Shown: piece by piece, positions 51,382 through 64,000 of the stretch
Position numbering within the stretch: the stretch's first letter is position 1
Layout of the letters: every line of letters begins with the position of its first letter
Source: an uncultured Chloroflexia bacterium
Lineage (GTDB): Bacteria > Chloroflexota > Dehalococcoidia > DSTF01 > JALHUB01
Assembly (NCBI GenBank): GCA_963726245.1
Contig: CAVSBT010000019.1
Coordinates: 64,001-128,000, forward strand
DNA: 64,000 nucleotides
Direction: 5' to 3'
Notes under the pieces: generated by a model
The model's database searches: none
Told to the model about the DNA's origin: nothing
Seen by the model: the letters and a program-made list of their open reading frames with translations, nothing else
Translations under genes and position numbers: made by a program

Positions 51382-51475
51382 GGGGACGGCTCCGTAGGGG
51401 CCGAGCTTCGGCCACGGCCCAGGACGGAGCTGAAGCTCCGTCCTTACGGGCAGCTTCTGGTTCGTGGGCTGAGGG
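51363..51475. repeat. REP pair flanked by a 22-bp direct repeat
   Basis: CTTCTGGTTCGTGGGCTGAGGG at 51363-51384 and 51454-51475. Confidence 0.7.
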
Positions 51476-51538
51476 CAGGCGCTCTACGCGACGCTTCCAC
51501 GCTGACGGGCTCTTCTTCGACCCGAGGGCTGACAGGAG

Positions 51539-52523
51539 CTAGTCGTGCGCCGGCCGCGGAATGATGCGGTCGAGCCGCTCCCGGACCTGGATAGCCTGCT
51601 CCACCGTGCGGTCGAAGAGCTCCTTGACGGTGGGGATGTCATGGACGAGCCCCACTGCCTGCCCCACACTGGCGAAGGTGTCTTCCACCTGCCCCTCCTC
51701 GAAGGCGGCGTTGGGGCTGCCCGGTGATGACAGGAATCAGCTCCTCGATGGTGGTGCCGCGGGCCTCCATCTCCAGGACCTTGTCGGTAAGGGCGTTCTT
51801 GGCCACCCGGATGGCGTTGCCTATGGAGCGCATGACATAGGCGGTGTCTGACTCCGTGGCCTTGACCAGGTACTCCTTCCAGGCGGGGTGGCCGTAGCAC
51901 TCCTGGGTGGCCATGAAGCGGGTGCCCATGAGGACGGCGTCGGCGCCAAGGGCCAGGGCAGCCGCCAGGCCGCGGCCGTCGGCGAAGCCACCGCCGGCCA
52001 CCACCGGGATGTTGACGGCGTCCACGCACAGAGGCACCAGGACCAGGCTGGTGACCATGTCCAGCCCAGGGTGGCCGCCGCACTCGTAGCCGACGATGCA
52101 GACGGCGTCGCAGCCGAGCCGCTCGGCGGTGCGGGCGTAGCGCACGCCAGCCACCTTGTGCATGATCTTGACCCCGCCCTCGTGGAGGGCCTGGACGATG
52201 CCCTCCGGGCTGCGGCCCGATGTCTCCACCACGGGGATCTTCTCCTCCACCGCTATCTGGACCCACTCCTCGATGGGCTGGCGGCGGACGGCGGGGAAGA
52301 GGTTGATGTTGAGGCCGATGGGGCCGTCGGTCAGGTCGCGGGCCTTGCGGATCTCGGCCCGCAGGGCGTCCAGGTCCTCGCCGAAGGTGGCGCCGACCAT
52401 GAAGCCGAGGCCGCCGGCGTTGGCCACGGCGGCCACCAGCTCCGCCCTCCCGACCCAGAACATGCCGCCGCAGATGATGGGGTAGCGGATGCCGAACATC
52501 TCGGTGATACGGGTCTGGAACAC
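51539..52523 (-). CDS. Nitronate monooxygenase / FabK-like flavoenzyme (indel near 51715)
   Basis: PII.GGM, AVANAGGLG, G.ECGGH, AGGGFADG, MGTRF, GQAVGL..DIP.V. Confidence 0.88.
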
Positions 52524-52585
52524 ATCAATCTCCTTTCCCTGTGCAGGGAGCGGTCAACGCCGATCGCTGGACAACATCCAAGGGG

Positions 52586-55009
52586 TCAGCCCACGGGAGC
52601 CAGACGGCTCTTCTCCTCCACCGCCTCCGGGTGGAGGGCAGTGTTCAGGACATCATCGACGAATTCGGCCAGCACGATGTTCAGGTCCTGGCGCACGTCC
52701 GCCGGCACCTCCTCCAGGTCCGACTCGTTGTCCTTGGGGATGACCACGGTCTTGATGGAGGCGCGGTGGGCAGCCAGGACCTTGTCCTTGATGGCGCCCA
52801 CGGGCAGGACGCGGCCGCGAAGGGTGATCTCGCCGGTCATGGAGACCTGGCGCCGCACCGGACGGCGTGTCATGGCCGAGACCAGGGCCGTGGCCATGGT
52901 GACGCCGGCCGAGGGGCCGTCCTTGGGTATGGCGCCGGCCGGCACGTGGATGTGGATGTCATGGGTGTCCAGGAAATCCTGGGGGACGTTGAGTTGTTCG
53001 GCGCGGCTGCGGGCGAAGGTGAGGGCGGCCTGGGCCGACTCCTGCATGACGTCGCCCAGCTTGCCGGTGAGGGTGAGGCGGCCCTTGCCCGGTATGCAGC
53101 GGGCCTCCACGTAGAGGATGTCGCCCCCGGCCATGGTGGCGGCCATGCCGGTGGCCACGCCCACCTCGTCCTCCTCTTCGGGGATCTCCCAGCGAAAGCG
53201 GATGGGCCCCAGGTAGGGATGCAGGTCGCCGGCGTCGACGGTCGTGGTCTCGGTGACGCCCCGGGCCAGCTCGCGGGCCACGCCGCGGCAGATGGCGCCG
53301 ATCTCGCGCTCCAGGTTGCGCACGCCCGCCTCCCGGGTGTAGCTGCGGATGATCTCCAGGAGAGCGGCGTCGGTGATGATGAGGCGGCCTTCGGGGATGC
53401 CGTTGGCCTCCATCTGGCGGGGCACCAGGTAGCGGCGGGCGATGGCCAGCTTGTCGCGCTCCGTATAGCCCGGCAGCTCGATGATCTCCATGCGGTCGAG
53501 CAGGGGCGCCGGGATGGTGTCGAAGAGATTGGCGGTGGTGATGAACATGACCTTCGAGAGGTCGAAGGGGACATCCAGGTAGTGGTCGGAGAAGGAGAAG
53601 TTCTGCTCCGGGTCCAGCACCTCCAGAAGGGCGGAGGCCGGGTCGCCGCGGAAGTCTATGCCCAGCTTGTCCACCTCGTCCAGCATGATGAGGGGGTTGT
53701 TGGAGCCGGCGCGTCGGATCTCCTGGATGATGCGCCCGGGCAGAGCGCCCACGTAGGTGCGGCGGTGCCCCCGGATCTCGGCCTCGTCCCGCATGCCGCC
53801 CAGGGACATGCGGACGAACTTGCGGCCCAGGGCGCGGGCGATGGACTGCCCAAGGGACGTCTTGCCGACGCCGGGCGGCCCCACGAAGCAGAGGATCGGC
53901 CCCTTGCTTTCCCGCTTTAGCTTGCGGACGGCCAGGAAGTCCAGGATGCGCCGCTTGACCTTCTCCAGGTCGTGGTGATCGGCGTTCAGGATCTCCTCGG
54001 CGCGCTCGATGTCCAGGTTGTCCTCGGTGGACTTGTCCCAGGGGAGGTCGGCCAGCCATTCCAGGTAGGTGCGCACCACCTGGTAGTCGGCGGCGGCCTG
54101 CGGCATGGTGCGCAGCCGGTCGAGCTCGCGGTCGGCCTCGCGACGGGCCTCGGGCGGCAGGTGCGCCTCGTCCAGGCGCTTCCGCAGGTCTTCCACCTCC
54201 GGCGCCAGCTCCGACTCGCCCAGCTCCCTCTGGATGGCCTTGAGCTGCTCGCGGAGGATGAACTCCCGCTGATGCTTCTCCATCTCGCCGTGCACCTGCG
54301 ACTTGATCTGGCGCTCCACCTCCAGCACCTCGACCTCGCGGTTGAGGAAGCCGACGATGATGCGCAGGCGCTCGGCGACGTCGGCGGCCTCCAGGACAGC
54401 CTGGCGCTCCTCCGTCTTGATATTGAGATTGGCGGCGATGAGGTCAGCCAGGTGGCTGGGGTCCTGGACACCGGCGACCATGAGGGCCATCTCCTGGGGG
54501 ACGTTCTCCGCCAGGCTAATGGCCCTCTGAAAGAGAGAGCTGGCGGCCCGGGTCAGGGCCTCCAGCTCCGTGCCGGGCTTGGACACCTCCTGTAGCCTCT
54601 CCACGCGGGCCCGGAGCCAGGGCTTCTGCTGCTGGAGCTCCAGGAGGGTGACGCGGGCCACCCCCTGGATGATGGCCTGGACAGCGCCGTTGGGGGCCTT
54701 GGCCATGCGGGCGATGACGGCGGCGGTGCCCACGGAGTAGGTCTCGCCGGTGGGCTCGCCGTCCTCGCCCGGCTTCTGCGCGAAGATGGCGAGCATCTTG
54801 TTGGGGCTGCCAGCGGCCTCGTCGATGGCGCCGACGACAGACTGCTCCTGGGAGGCCAGGGGCACCATCAGGCCCGGGAAGAGCACCACGCCGCCACTGG
54901 CCAGAGCCGGCAGGACCTCCGGCACGCGTATGCGCTCTTCTGGCGTCTCGACTTCCGGTGCCGAGGGGGCGGGGATGGGCGGAGCGGCCTCGCTCTGGGA
55001 GTCGTTCAT
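52586..55009 (-). CDS. lon: Lon protease
   Basis: GPPGVGKTS, RRTYVGALPG, PKDGPSAG, catalytic Lys in IKDK. Confidence 0.96.
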   Translation of the reverse strand: MNDSQSEAAPPIPAPSAPEVETPEERIRVPEVLPALASGGVVLFPGLMVPLASQEQSVVGAIDEAAGSPNKMLAIFAQKPGEDGEPTGETYSVGTAAVIARMAKAPNGAVQAIIQGVARVTLLELQQQKPWLRARVERLQEVSKPGTELEALTRAASSLFQRAISLAENVPQEMALMVAGVQDPSHLADLIAANLNIKTEERQAVLEAADVAERLRIIVGFLNREVEVLEVERQIKSQVHGEMEKHQREFILREQLKAIQRELGESELAPEVEDLRKRLDEAHLPPEARREADRELDRLRTMPQAAADYQVVRTYLEWLADLPWDKSTEDNLDIERAEEILNADHHDLEKVKRRILDFLAVRKLKRESKGPILCFVGPPGVGKTSLGQSIARALGRKFVRMSLGGMRDEAEIRGHRRTYVGALPGRIIQEIRRAGSNNPLIMLDEVDKLGIDFRGDPASALLEVLDPEQNFSFSDHYLDVPFDLSKVMFITTANLFDTIPAPLLDRMEIIELPGYTERDKLAIARRYLVPRQMEANGIPEGRLIITDAALLEIIRSYTREAGVRNLEREIGAICRGVARELARGVTETTTVDAGDLHPYLGPIRFRWEIPEEEDEVGVATGMAATMAGGDILYVEARCIPGKGRLTLTGKLGDVMQESAQAALTFARSRAEQLNVPQDFLDTHDIHIHVPAGAIPKDGPSAGVTMATALVSAMTRRPVRRQVSMTGEITLRGRVLPVGAIKDKVLAAHRASIKTVVIPKDNESDLEEVPADVRQDLNIVLAEFVDDVLNTALHPEAVEEKSRLAPVG

Positions 55010-55013
55010 TGCT

Positions 55014-55460
55014 TCATGCCCTCTGCGGGCGGACGGTCACCCGCACCCGGTGTCTCTGCCGCTGGCGCTTGGGCAGCACGATCTTGAGGAAGCCGTCCCG
55101 GTAGGAGACCTGGACCCCCTCCGGGTCCACCTCGGCTGGCAGGCTCACGGTGCGCTCGAAGGTGCCGTAGCAGATCTCCATCTGGCTGTGGCGGTGGCCC
55201 GGGGCGGCGTGATAGTCGTTCTTCTGGCCGTGGAAGCGGAGGCGGTCGCCGTGCAGGTCGATCTGCACCTCTTCGTCGCCGATGCCGGGGATCTCGGCCA
55301 GGATGACTACCTCCTCGGCGGTCTCGTAGACGTCCACGGGCGGCTCCAGGATGGGTGGGCAGAAGCGGGGGCGCCCGCCTTGACCGCCGGTGAGGCGGTC
55401 CCACATCTCATCCATCTCCTGGTGGAGGTATTCGAAGTCGGCGAAGAGCTTCTGTGCCAT
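55014..55460 (-). CDS. Hsp20/alpha-crystallin small heat-shock protein
   Basis: PPVDVYET, EIPG, YG.FER...LP, Y.DG.L.I.LPK; directly upstream of lon. Confidence 0.92.
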   Translation of the reverse strand: MAQKLFADFEYLHQEMDEMWDRLTGGQGGRPRFCPPILEPPVDVYETAEEVVILAEIPGIGDEEVQIDLHGDRLRFHGQKNDYHAAPGHRHSQMEICYGTFERTVSLPAEVDPEGVQVSYRDGFLKIVLPKRQRQRHRVRVTVRPQRA

Positions 55461-55951
55461 GGGAGTCCCCCAGTACTGGCTGGCGGCCGCCGGCTAGAGC
55501 AAGAGGCGGAATCCCTCGTGGGTGGCCGCGAAGCCCATCTTCTGGTAGAAGCGGTGGGCCTCGACGCGGCGCTTGTTGCTGGTGAGGGAGACCTTGTAGC
55601 AGCCGGCGCGTCGCGCTTCTTCTATAGCATACCGCAAAAGGGCCTCGCCATAGCCTTTCCCACGCGCCGAACTGTCAACGACAAGGCCTTCCACGAAGGC
55701 CCAGGGCCTGCCTCGATAGGAGAGGTTGGGGATGATGCCCAGGGTGGCGGTCGCCATCACGCGCCCGTCAACCTCCGCCACCAGGAGCTGCTGCCGAGGG
55801 TCGGCCTCAATCTGGCGGAAGGCGGCGCGGTAGCTCTCGGGGAGGGGCTCCGCTGGGGAATCCCGGTCGTCGTCCAGGGAGAGCTGGCTCAGAAGCTCCA
55901 CGATGCGAGGCAGGTCGGCCTCGGTGGCGCGGCGGATGGTGAAACGGGGCG

Positions 55952-58860
<2,909 letters not shown>

Positions 58861-59073
58861 TCCCCTCCTGTGGGGGCATAGTACCATTGTTCGAAGCTGG
58901 AATCAAAGCGGAGGCGATGGGTGGCCGGGGCGGAGGAAGACCGATGGGGGACGGTATTCACACCCAGGGCATCGAGAATGCTGGTCACTCTTGAAGCGCG
59001 GTCTGTAGGAGTCTTCACCACGTCAGACGTGGGCGCACCTGCGCAGGCTACCTGGATGAATTTCAGTACAGGT

Positions 59074-59277
59074 TCAACCTGCAGGAGGGTTTGCGACGAG
59101 GAGCGGTTCGCTTCCTTGATGGGGCAGACGCAGGGCCGCGTTCTGTGGTACTGCCGGACCCGCAGCCTGAGAATCCGTACGCTTAGGGGCGTGGGCGAGG
59201 GCTGCTATCGCTTCCTCGAAGGTGAGAGGGTGAAGCGAGACCGTGGTGTCTTCGTGCTTGCGCCTCCTGTTTGGCAA
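59074..59277 (-). CDS. Small hypothetical protein (SLHPLTFEEAI motif)
   Basis: SD GGGAG + TTG; motif resembles small ORFs found next to IS1595-type elements (recalled, not verified). Confidence 0.4.
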   Translation of the reverse strand: MPNRRRKHEDTTVSLHPLTFEEAIAALAHAPKRTDSQAAGPAVPQNAALRLPHQGSEPLLVANPPAG

Positions 59278-59631
59278 AGCTGTCTCTCCCTAAGTACGTG
59301 TCGCGGGTTGATAGGGAGCGTGTGTCGCCGCTAGCTGCACGTCTTGTTGGAGTGCCGGCGCGTTTGCCGCGTACGTGTCACCGACAATGGACATTAGCAG
59401 ACCACCGCTCGTGCCTTGGGCAAATACTACAGCGCTCCCAGCCGCCATTCGTGCGCGTCACTTGGTAAGCCTGACGAAAGTCATACGCGATCATAAGAGC
59501 AATCCGAGAGATTGGAACCTGGTGATCCTTAATTCTCTAGAATACTTCTATGGTCGAATCAGAGAAGACCTCGCCGCCACACCTTACGCACACCTGCGCT
59601 GGTACGTTCTAGATTAGGATTAGAGGCGATA

Positions 59632-59694
59632 AGTCACATACACAGAATGGCACGGTCCGTGCACACCATTTCACCACCACACCTTGAACAACTC
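59632..59694 (-). pseudogene. Truncated YgiT/MqsA-type zinc-finger antitoxin N-terminus
   Basis: MSCSRCGGEMV.. begins right after the DUF4258-like gene and stops after 20 codons. Confidence 0.45.
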
Positions 59695-59695
59695 A

Positions 59696-60046
59696 TTATC
59701 TTGCCTTCTGCCGATAATTATCGTCAAATTCAGTTGGTTCTGTATCGGGCCAATAGGCCGTCACGACAACGGGGGCAGGTGGATACGACAATAATACATG
59801 ACCCACTCGCCCATCGGCTATTATACCCCAGACGAGGCAGCTTCTTCGCCCTTCATCTTCATTCTCCTCTATGATCTGAGGGTCATCATCGCACAGGATA
59901 TACGCGATGTCCTCCCTAGTGGGCATGGAGCGTTGGAAGAGGCGCATCCCGTAATGGCGAGAGTATTGCATGCGCCTTGCTCGCACCTCGGCACAAAGGG
60001 TAGCGACCACAGACTCCCGCACGGCCGTGTCACCAATCACTATCAA
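59696..60046 (-). CDS. DUF4258-like putative toxin (start approximate)
   Basis: YSRH...R, IIEE, SCLVWG, HV, VVTAYWPD. Confidence 0.7.
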   Translation of the reverse strand: MIVIGDTAVRESVVATLCAEVRARRMQYSRHYGMRLFQRSMPTREDIAYILCDDDPQIIEENEDEGRRSCLVWGIIADGRVGHVLLSYPPAPVVVTAYWPDTEPTEFDDNYRQKAR

Positions 60047-60306
60047 GGGATATGTGTTGCTCCTCCAAGAGAGCCGGGCGGCACGGCAATTTCGGCGCCT
60101 AGGGCGGCCTCGTAGTCCTTCATCGCTTTCTTGAAGACAATCGCCATGACCTTTGCGTGGAGAGGGCTCATTCTCACGGATACTAGCTCCTTTGGCTGGC
60201 CGGTTGGTACTCAGACAGAGAAGGTCAGATGTACCGTGTATGCAGAGCCGCGAAAGGCGAACTGGTCGGCGTAGAACTCAGGGATTGTTCCGTTGTCCAT
60301 AACCAT
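60030..60306 (-). pseudogene. DUF3467-like protein with an in-frame TGA and a late frameshift
   Basis: SD GAGGGGG; IPEFYADQF..Y..HLTF, VRMSLSHAKVMAIVFKK..YE; TGA at codon 32. Confidence 0.55.
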
Positions 60307-60447
60307 GTGTATTAGTCCCCCTCGCGTTCAGATTTCGAGCCAATGAACGCGCCGGTATCTTACCACAGTGTGTCAAAGGGATAATCGCCGCTAAAGCTCT
60401 GTCCCTACGAGTCCATACGAGCTACAGCTCGGCCCCCACGGAGTGAC

Positions 60448-61206
60448 TTAGGGGCGAACGGGCATCTGGCTCGCCTGGCGCACCAGCTCTTGGAACAGCC
60501 GCGCTGAGGCCTGCGCGAAGCCGTCTTGCTGCGGCTCCGGGCGCTCAGGGTGCCACTGTACCCCCACTACCCAGCGGTGGGCCAGGCTCTCGACGCCCTC
60601 CACCAACCCGTCGGGCGAACTGGCGACGACTTCGAGGCGGGGGGCCAGGCGCTCGGGCGTCACCGCCTGGTGGTGGCGGGAGTTGACCAGGGCGCTGGCG
60701 GCCCCTGCCTGTCCGGCAGGCAGGCCCAGGGCGGCGTGCAGGCGGCTGCCCTGGCGGATGGTGACCTCGTGCCAGCGGGAGGGGAAGCCCTCGCTGTGGT
60801 AGTCGGCCACGTGGCCGTCGCCGTCGACGTGCTGGAGGAGGCCGCCCCCGAAGGCGACGTTCAGGAACTGGTGACCGCGGCAGATAGCCAGGATGGGCAG
60901 GTCATGGGCCAGGGCCTGCCAGAGGAGGACCAGCTCGAACTCGTCCCGGGTGTGGTCGGTGTGCTTCACCCGCGGGTGGGGCGTCTCCCCGTAGAGGGCG
61001 GGGTCGACGTCGACGCCGCCGGTGAGGATAAGGCCGGTGGCGCCGCCCAGGGTGTCCACGCAGCGGAGCCCGCGATCGACCACGAACTCGATGCAGAGGT
61101 CCAGGGGCTCGCCGCCGGCCTCCAGGACGCGCCGGTGGTACGCGGCGATCTCCTCGCCGGGCACCTTCTCCCAGCGCGTGATGGCGATGCGAGGTCGATA
61201 GTCCAC
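60448..61206 (-). CDS. Peptidase C26 / PuuD-like class I glutamine amidotransferase
   Basis: LTGGVDVDP..YG, AICRG.Q.LNV, VNS.HHQ, VQWHPE. Confidence 0.9.
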   Translation of the reverse strand: MDYRPRIAITRWEKVPGEEIAAYHRRVLEAGGEPLDLCIEFVVDRGLRCVDTLGGATGLILTGGVDVDPALYGETPHPRVKHTDHTRDEFELVLLWQALAHDLPILAICRGHQFLNVAFGGGLLQHVDGDGHVADYHSEGFPSRWHEVTIRQGSRLHAALGLPAGQAGAASALVNSRHHQAVTPERLAPRLEVVASSPDGLVEGVESLAHRWVVGVQWHPERPEPQQDGFAQASARLFQELVRQASQMPVRP

Positions 61207-61306
61207 GGGCAGCTCCGGCTGTCAGGATAGCAAGGCCGAGGATCGGGGACAAGGAACGGGGAACAAGGACCAAAGGGCGTGGTCTGCGCCCTTCGTTCCT
61301 TGGCTC

Positions 61307-62089
61307 CTACCTGATGAGCCTTCTCCGCATGAGGAAGATGGCGAGCCGGAAGAAGACGGCCGACACCACCAGTACCCAGACAAGGTCGCCCAGGTGGCTC
61401 CAGTGGAGGTTGCCCTCCACCAGGGCCCGGTCGATGGCCGCCACGTGGGAGACGGGGAGGAACCAGGCCAGTACCTGAAAGCCTCGGGGCAGGCTGTCGA
61501 GGGGGAAGAAGACGCCCCCCAGCCAGAACATGGGCGTCACCACCAGGCTGAAGAAGTAGTTCAGGGAGGTCACGGACACGGCGGTGGATGTGTAGGACAT
61601 GGAGATCGATGCGAACATGATCCCCTGAAGGAGCGCCACGATGGGGACCAGGATGACCAGGGGGGAGTTCACCAGACCGTAGGAGGGCGTGAAGGCCAGG
61701 GCGACGAGGAGGATGTAGAAGGTGCTGATGAGGCCCCGTGTAGTGCCCCACAGGATCTCAGCGGCGATGACATCCTCCAGGTTTACCGGCGTGGCTATGA
61801 TGGCGTCGAAGGTGTGCTGCATGGACATCCGCACGTAGGAGCCCCAGCCGCATTCGCCCACGGCCGCCCACATGGGGTAAACAGCCAGGATGCCGGGCGT
61901 CAGGAACTGCATGTAGGTCTGGTCGCCGCCCAGTTCCACGAAGGTACCCAGTCCCAAGCCCAGGGCCAGGATGATGAGGATGGGCTCGACGACGGGCCAG
62001 ACCAGTTCGGCGCGCCACAGGCGCAGGAAGACATCGCCGTTGCGCTGCCATACGCGGAAGGTGCGATAGGAGACGCCGCCGAAGGTCAT
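61307..62089 (-). CDS. ABC-2 type permease (NodJ-like)
   Basis: EP....ALGLGLG, Y.QFL.PG, TP, TPMFWLGGVFFP. Confidence 0.88.
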   Translation of the reverse strand: MTFGGVSYRTFRVWQRNGDVFLRLWRAELVWPVVEPILIILALGLGLGTFVELGGDQTYMQFLTPGILAVYPMWAAVGECGWGSYVRMSMQHTFDAIIATPVNLEDVIAAEILWGTTRGLISTFYILLVALAFTPSYGLVNSPLVILVPIVALLQGIMFASISMSYTSTAVSVTSLNYFFSLVVTPMFWLGGVFFPLDSLPRGFQVLAWFLPVSHVAAIDRALVEGNLHWSHLGDLVWVLVVSAVFFRLAIFLMRRRLIR

Positions 62090-63025
62090 TCCGTGAGCCC
62101 CCTCCCGGTCAGTCGCAAGAAGACATCCTCCAGGGTGGCGCGGCGCAGGCGTGCCTGCTGCCCCTGACGGAGGAGCTCGGCGGCGACGTGAGGGCCGTGC
62201 GGGCCCAGCCCCAGCACGAAGACAACGTCCTCCACGTCCTCGACAGTGACATCGCCCAGGCGGGCCAGGTGCTCCAGGACCTGCGTCTTCTCCTCCTGGC
62301 CGGCGGCCTGGAGTTCGAGCACTTCCTCGCCCACATGGCGAGTGATCAGGTCGGCCGGCGGGCCCTGGGCCAGGATGCGGCCCAGGTGCATGATCACGAT
62401 GCGGTCGCAGAGGTGAGCAGCCTCCTCCATGTTGTGGGTGCTGAGGAGCATGGTGACGCCCTGGCCCTTCATGAGGCGAAGCTTCTGCCAGACGAGGTGG
62501 CGTGCCTGAGGGTCCAGGCCGGTGGTAGGCTCATCGAGCACCAGGATCCTGGGCTGGTTGAGCAGGGCCCTGGCGATGCTGAGGCGGCGCTGCATGCCGC
62601 CCGACAGGTTGTCCACCACCTCGTTGGCCCGATCCTGGAGCTGGAAGAGGGTGAGCACCTCATCGATGCGCTGGCGGGCTACGGGGGCCGGAATGTCGAA
62701 GTAACGGGAGTAAACGAAGAGGCTCTGCCTCACCGGTAGGTCAGGGTCAAGGTTGTCCTCCTGAGGGACCACGCCCAGGCGGGCCTTGATGCGGCGCCCG
62801 TCGCGCCGCACGTCGAGGCCGTCCACCAGCAGCTCGCCGCTCGGTGACAGGGGAGACGCAGGTGATCATGCGGATGGTGCTGCTCTTGCCGGCGCCGTTG
62901 GGCCCCAGGAAGCCGAAGCACTCGCCGGCGAGGACATCGAAGTCGATGCCGTCGACGGCGGTGAGGGCGCCGAAGCGCTTGACCAGCCTCCGGGCGCTGA
63001 TCACGGCCGCTGCATCGCTGTCCAT
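62086..63025 (-). CDS. ABC exporter ATP-binding protein (NodI-like), indel near 62842
   Basis: [38 protein letters not shown]. Confidence 0.9.
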
Positions 63026-63096
63026 GAGCCTACCGTGGCAGAAGAATTAGGGCGGAGGGTTGCCTCCGCCCTGGGTTGCCGTTATCCGGGGGAGGG

Positions 63097-63945
63097 TTAC
63101 TCCTCGTCCTCCTCGTCGTTTTCGCCTTCGGTGGCCTGCTGGTAGTCGGAGAGGCGGACATCGCCTTCTTGGGCTTCGACCTCCTCCTCCCATTCCTCGC
63201 CGCCCCCCTCGACCTCCTCGGTGATCTCCGGTTCCTCCTCTGCTCCGCGCTTGAGGATGCTCTCCTTGATATAGGGGCGGATCACCTCAGGGCCGGTGGC
63301 GGGGAAGGAGGGTCTGCCGGCCTGACTGGGATGCTGATAGACCTCCTTGATGATAACGCGTCCCGTAGCGTTGGCCAGGCTGGTGAGGGCGGCGGCATAC
63401 TGATTACCGCTCTGCATGAGCTTGAGGAGGCGCAGTCCCAGCTTCGGCTCCACCTCACCCAGGCACTCGCCGCGGGTGTTCTCCACCAGCAGGACGTTGC
63501 CTTCCGGACGCAGTTCCACCCGGTCGCCGGCCGTCATGCGGACTAGGACCTCCTGATTCACCCGGTGGAGGGTGGTGATGCCCGTCTTACCCGTCTCCTC
63601 GATGAAGATCTGGGGGTCGAGCTGCTGTTTGGGTTCGGCGCGGGCGGGTGCCACCTCACCGAGGACCGCCAGGCGTGCCAGGTTCTTGCGGGCGATGGTG
63701 TTGGTGGAGTCGAGTTCCAGGGTTTTGGTGTAGGCCTCGCGGGACTCCTGATAGCGCCCGAGTTCAGCCAGCGCTTTGCCCAGCCGGTTCCAGGCATCCA
63801 CGTCCGACGGGTAGAGCGACAGGATGTCCCGGTTCACGGCCACGGCTTCTTCCCAGCGGCTCTGAAGGGCCAGCCGGATAGCCAGGTCGGCCCTCTGACG
63901 GCGGATCCTGGCCCGTTCTTCAGTTTGATATGTCACTTGCCTCAC
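63097..63945 (-). CDS. TPR-containing conserved protein with acidic tail
   Basis: W.EA...N, DAWNRLGKA, N.IARKNL TPR pair; FIEETGKT; Glu-rich C-terminus. Confidence 0.82.
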   Translation of the reverse strand: MRQVTYQTEERARIRRQRADLAIRLALQSRWEEAVAVNRDILSLYPSDVDAWNRLGKALAELGRYQESREAYTKTLELDSTNTIARKNLARLAVLGEVAPARAEPKQQLDPQIFIEETGKTGITTLHRVNQEVLVRMTAGDRVELRPEGNVLLVENTRGECLGEVEPKLGLRLLKLMQSGNQYAAALTSLANATGRVIIKEVYQHPSQAGRPSFPATGPEVIRPYIKESILKRGAEEEPEITEEVEGGGEEWEEEVEAQEGDVRLSDYQQATEGENDEEDEE

Positions 63946-64000
63946 CTCTTCTCCAGAGACATGCTCTAGAGACCGTAGGATTTTAGCTTTTCAAAAGGAG

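Overview
High-GC bacterial chromosomal window, most consistent with a Chloroflexota (Dehalococcoidia-like) genome; this placement is inferred from gene content and repeat families, not proven. It is mostly housekeeping and metabolic genes: fabF, nadE, trxAB, plsX, glyA, lgt, mnmA, rsfS, ndk, tsaB/tsaE, thiL, lon, gyrA, two CoA-transferase pairs, an aldehyde:ferredoxin oxidoreductase and a NodIJ-like ABC exporter. It also carries a selenocysteine tRNA, a DevS/DevR-like two-component system, a PAS/GAF kinase fused to a complete OmpR-type regulator, a cyclase-STAND protein and two small accessory patches. About 15 genes, several of them essential, are split by single-base indels, which points to uncorrected long-read errors rather than real pseudogenes. 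No CRISPR array, rRNA or prophage was seen. The most interesting unexplained signals are non-coding: (1) a promoter, Gly-containing leader peptide, antiterminator and terminator upstream of glyA, a candidate glycine-sensing attenuator; (2) a tandem structured RNA with duplicated CUCCCUCCCUCC anti-Shine-Dalgarno motifs, divergent from the DevS-like kinase; (3) a ~200-nt multi-stem RNA upstream of a nadE whose glutaminase Cys reads as Ser; (4) a CsoR operator over the trxA-trxB(-selC) promoter; (5) a GxxExxY gene enclosed in periodic inverted repeats, with several empty hairpins of similar design.
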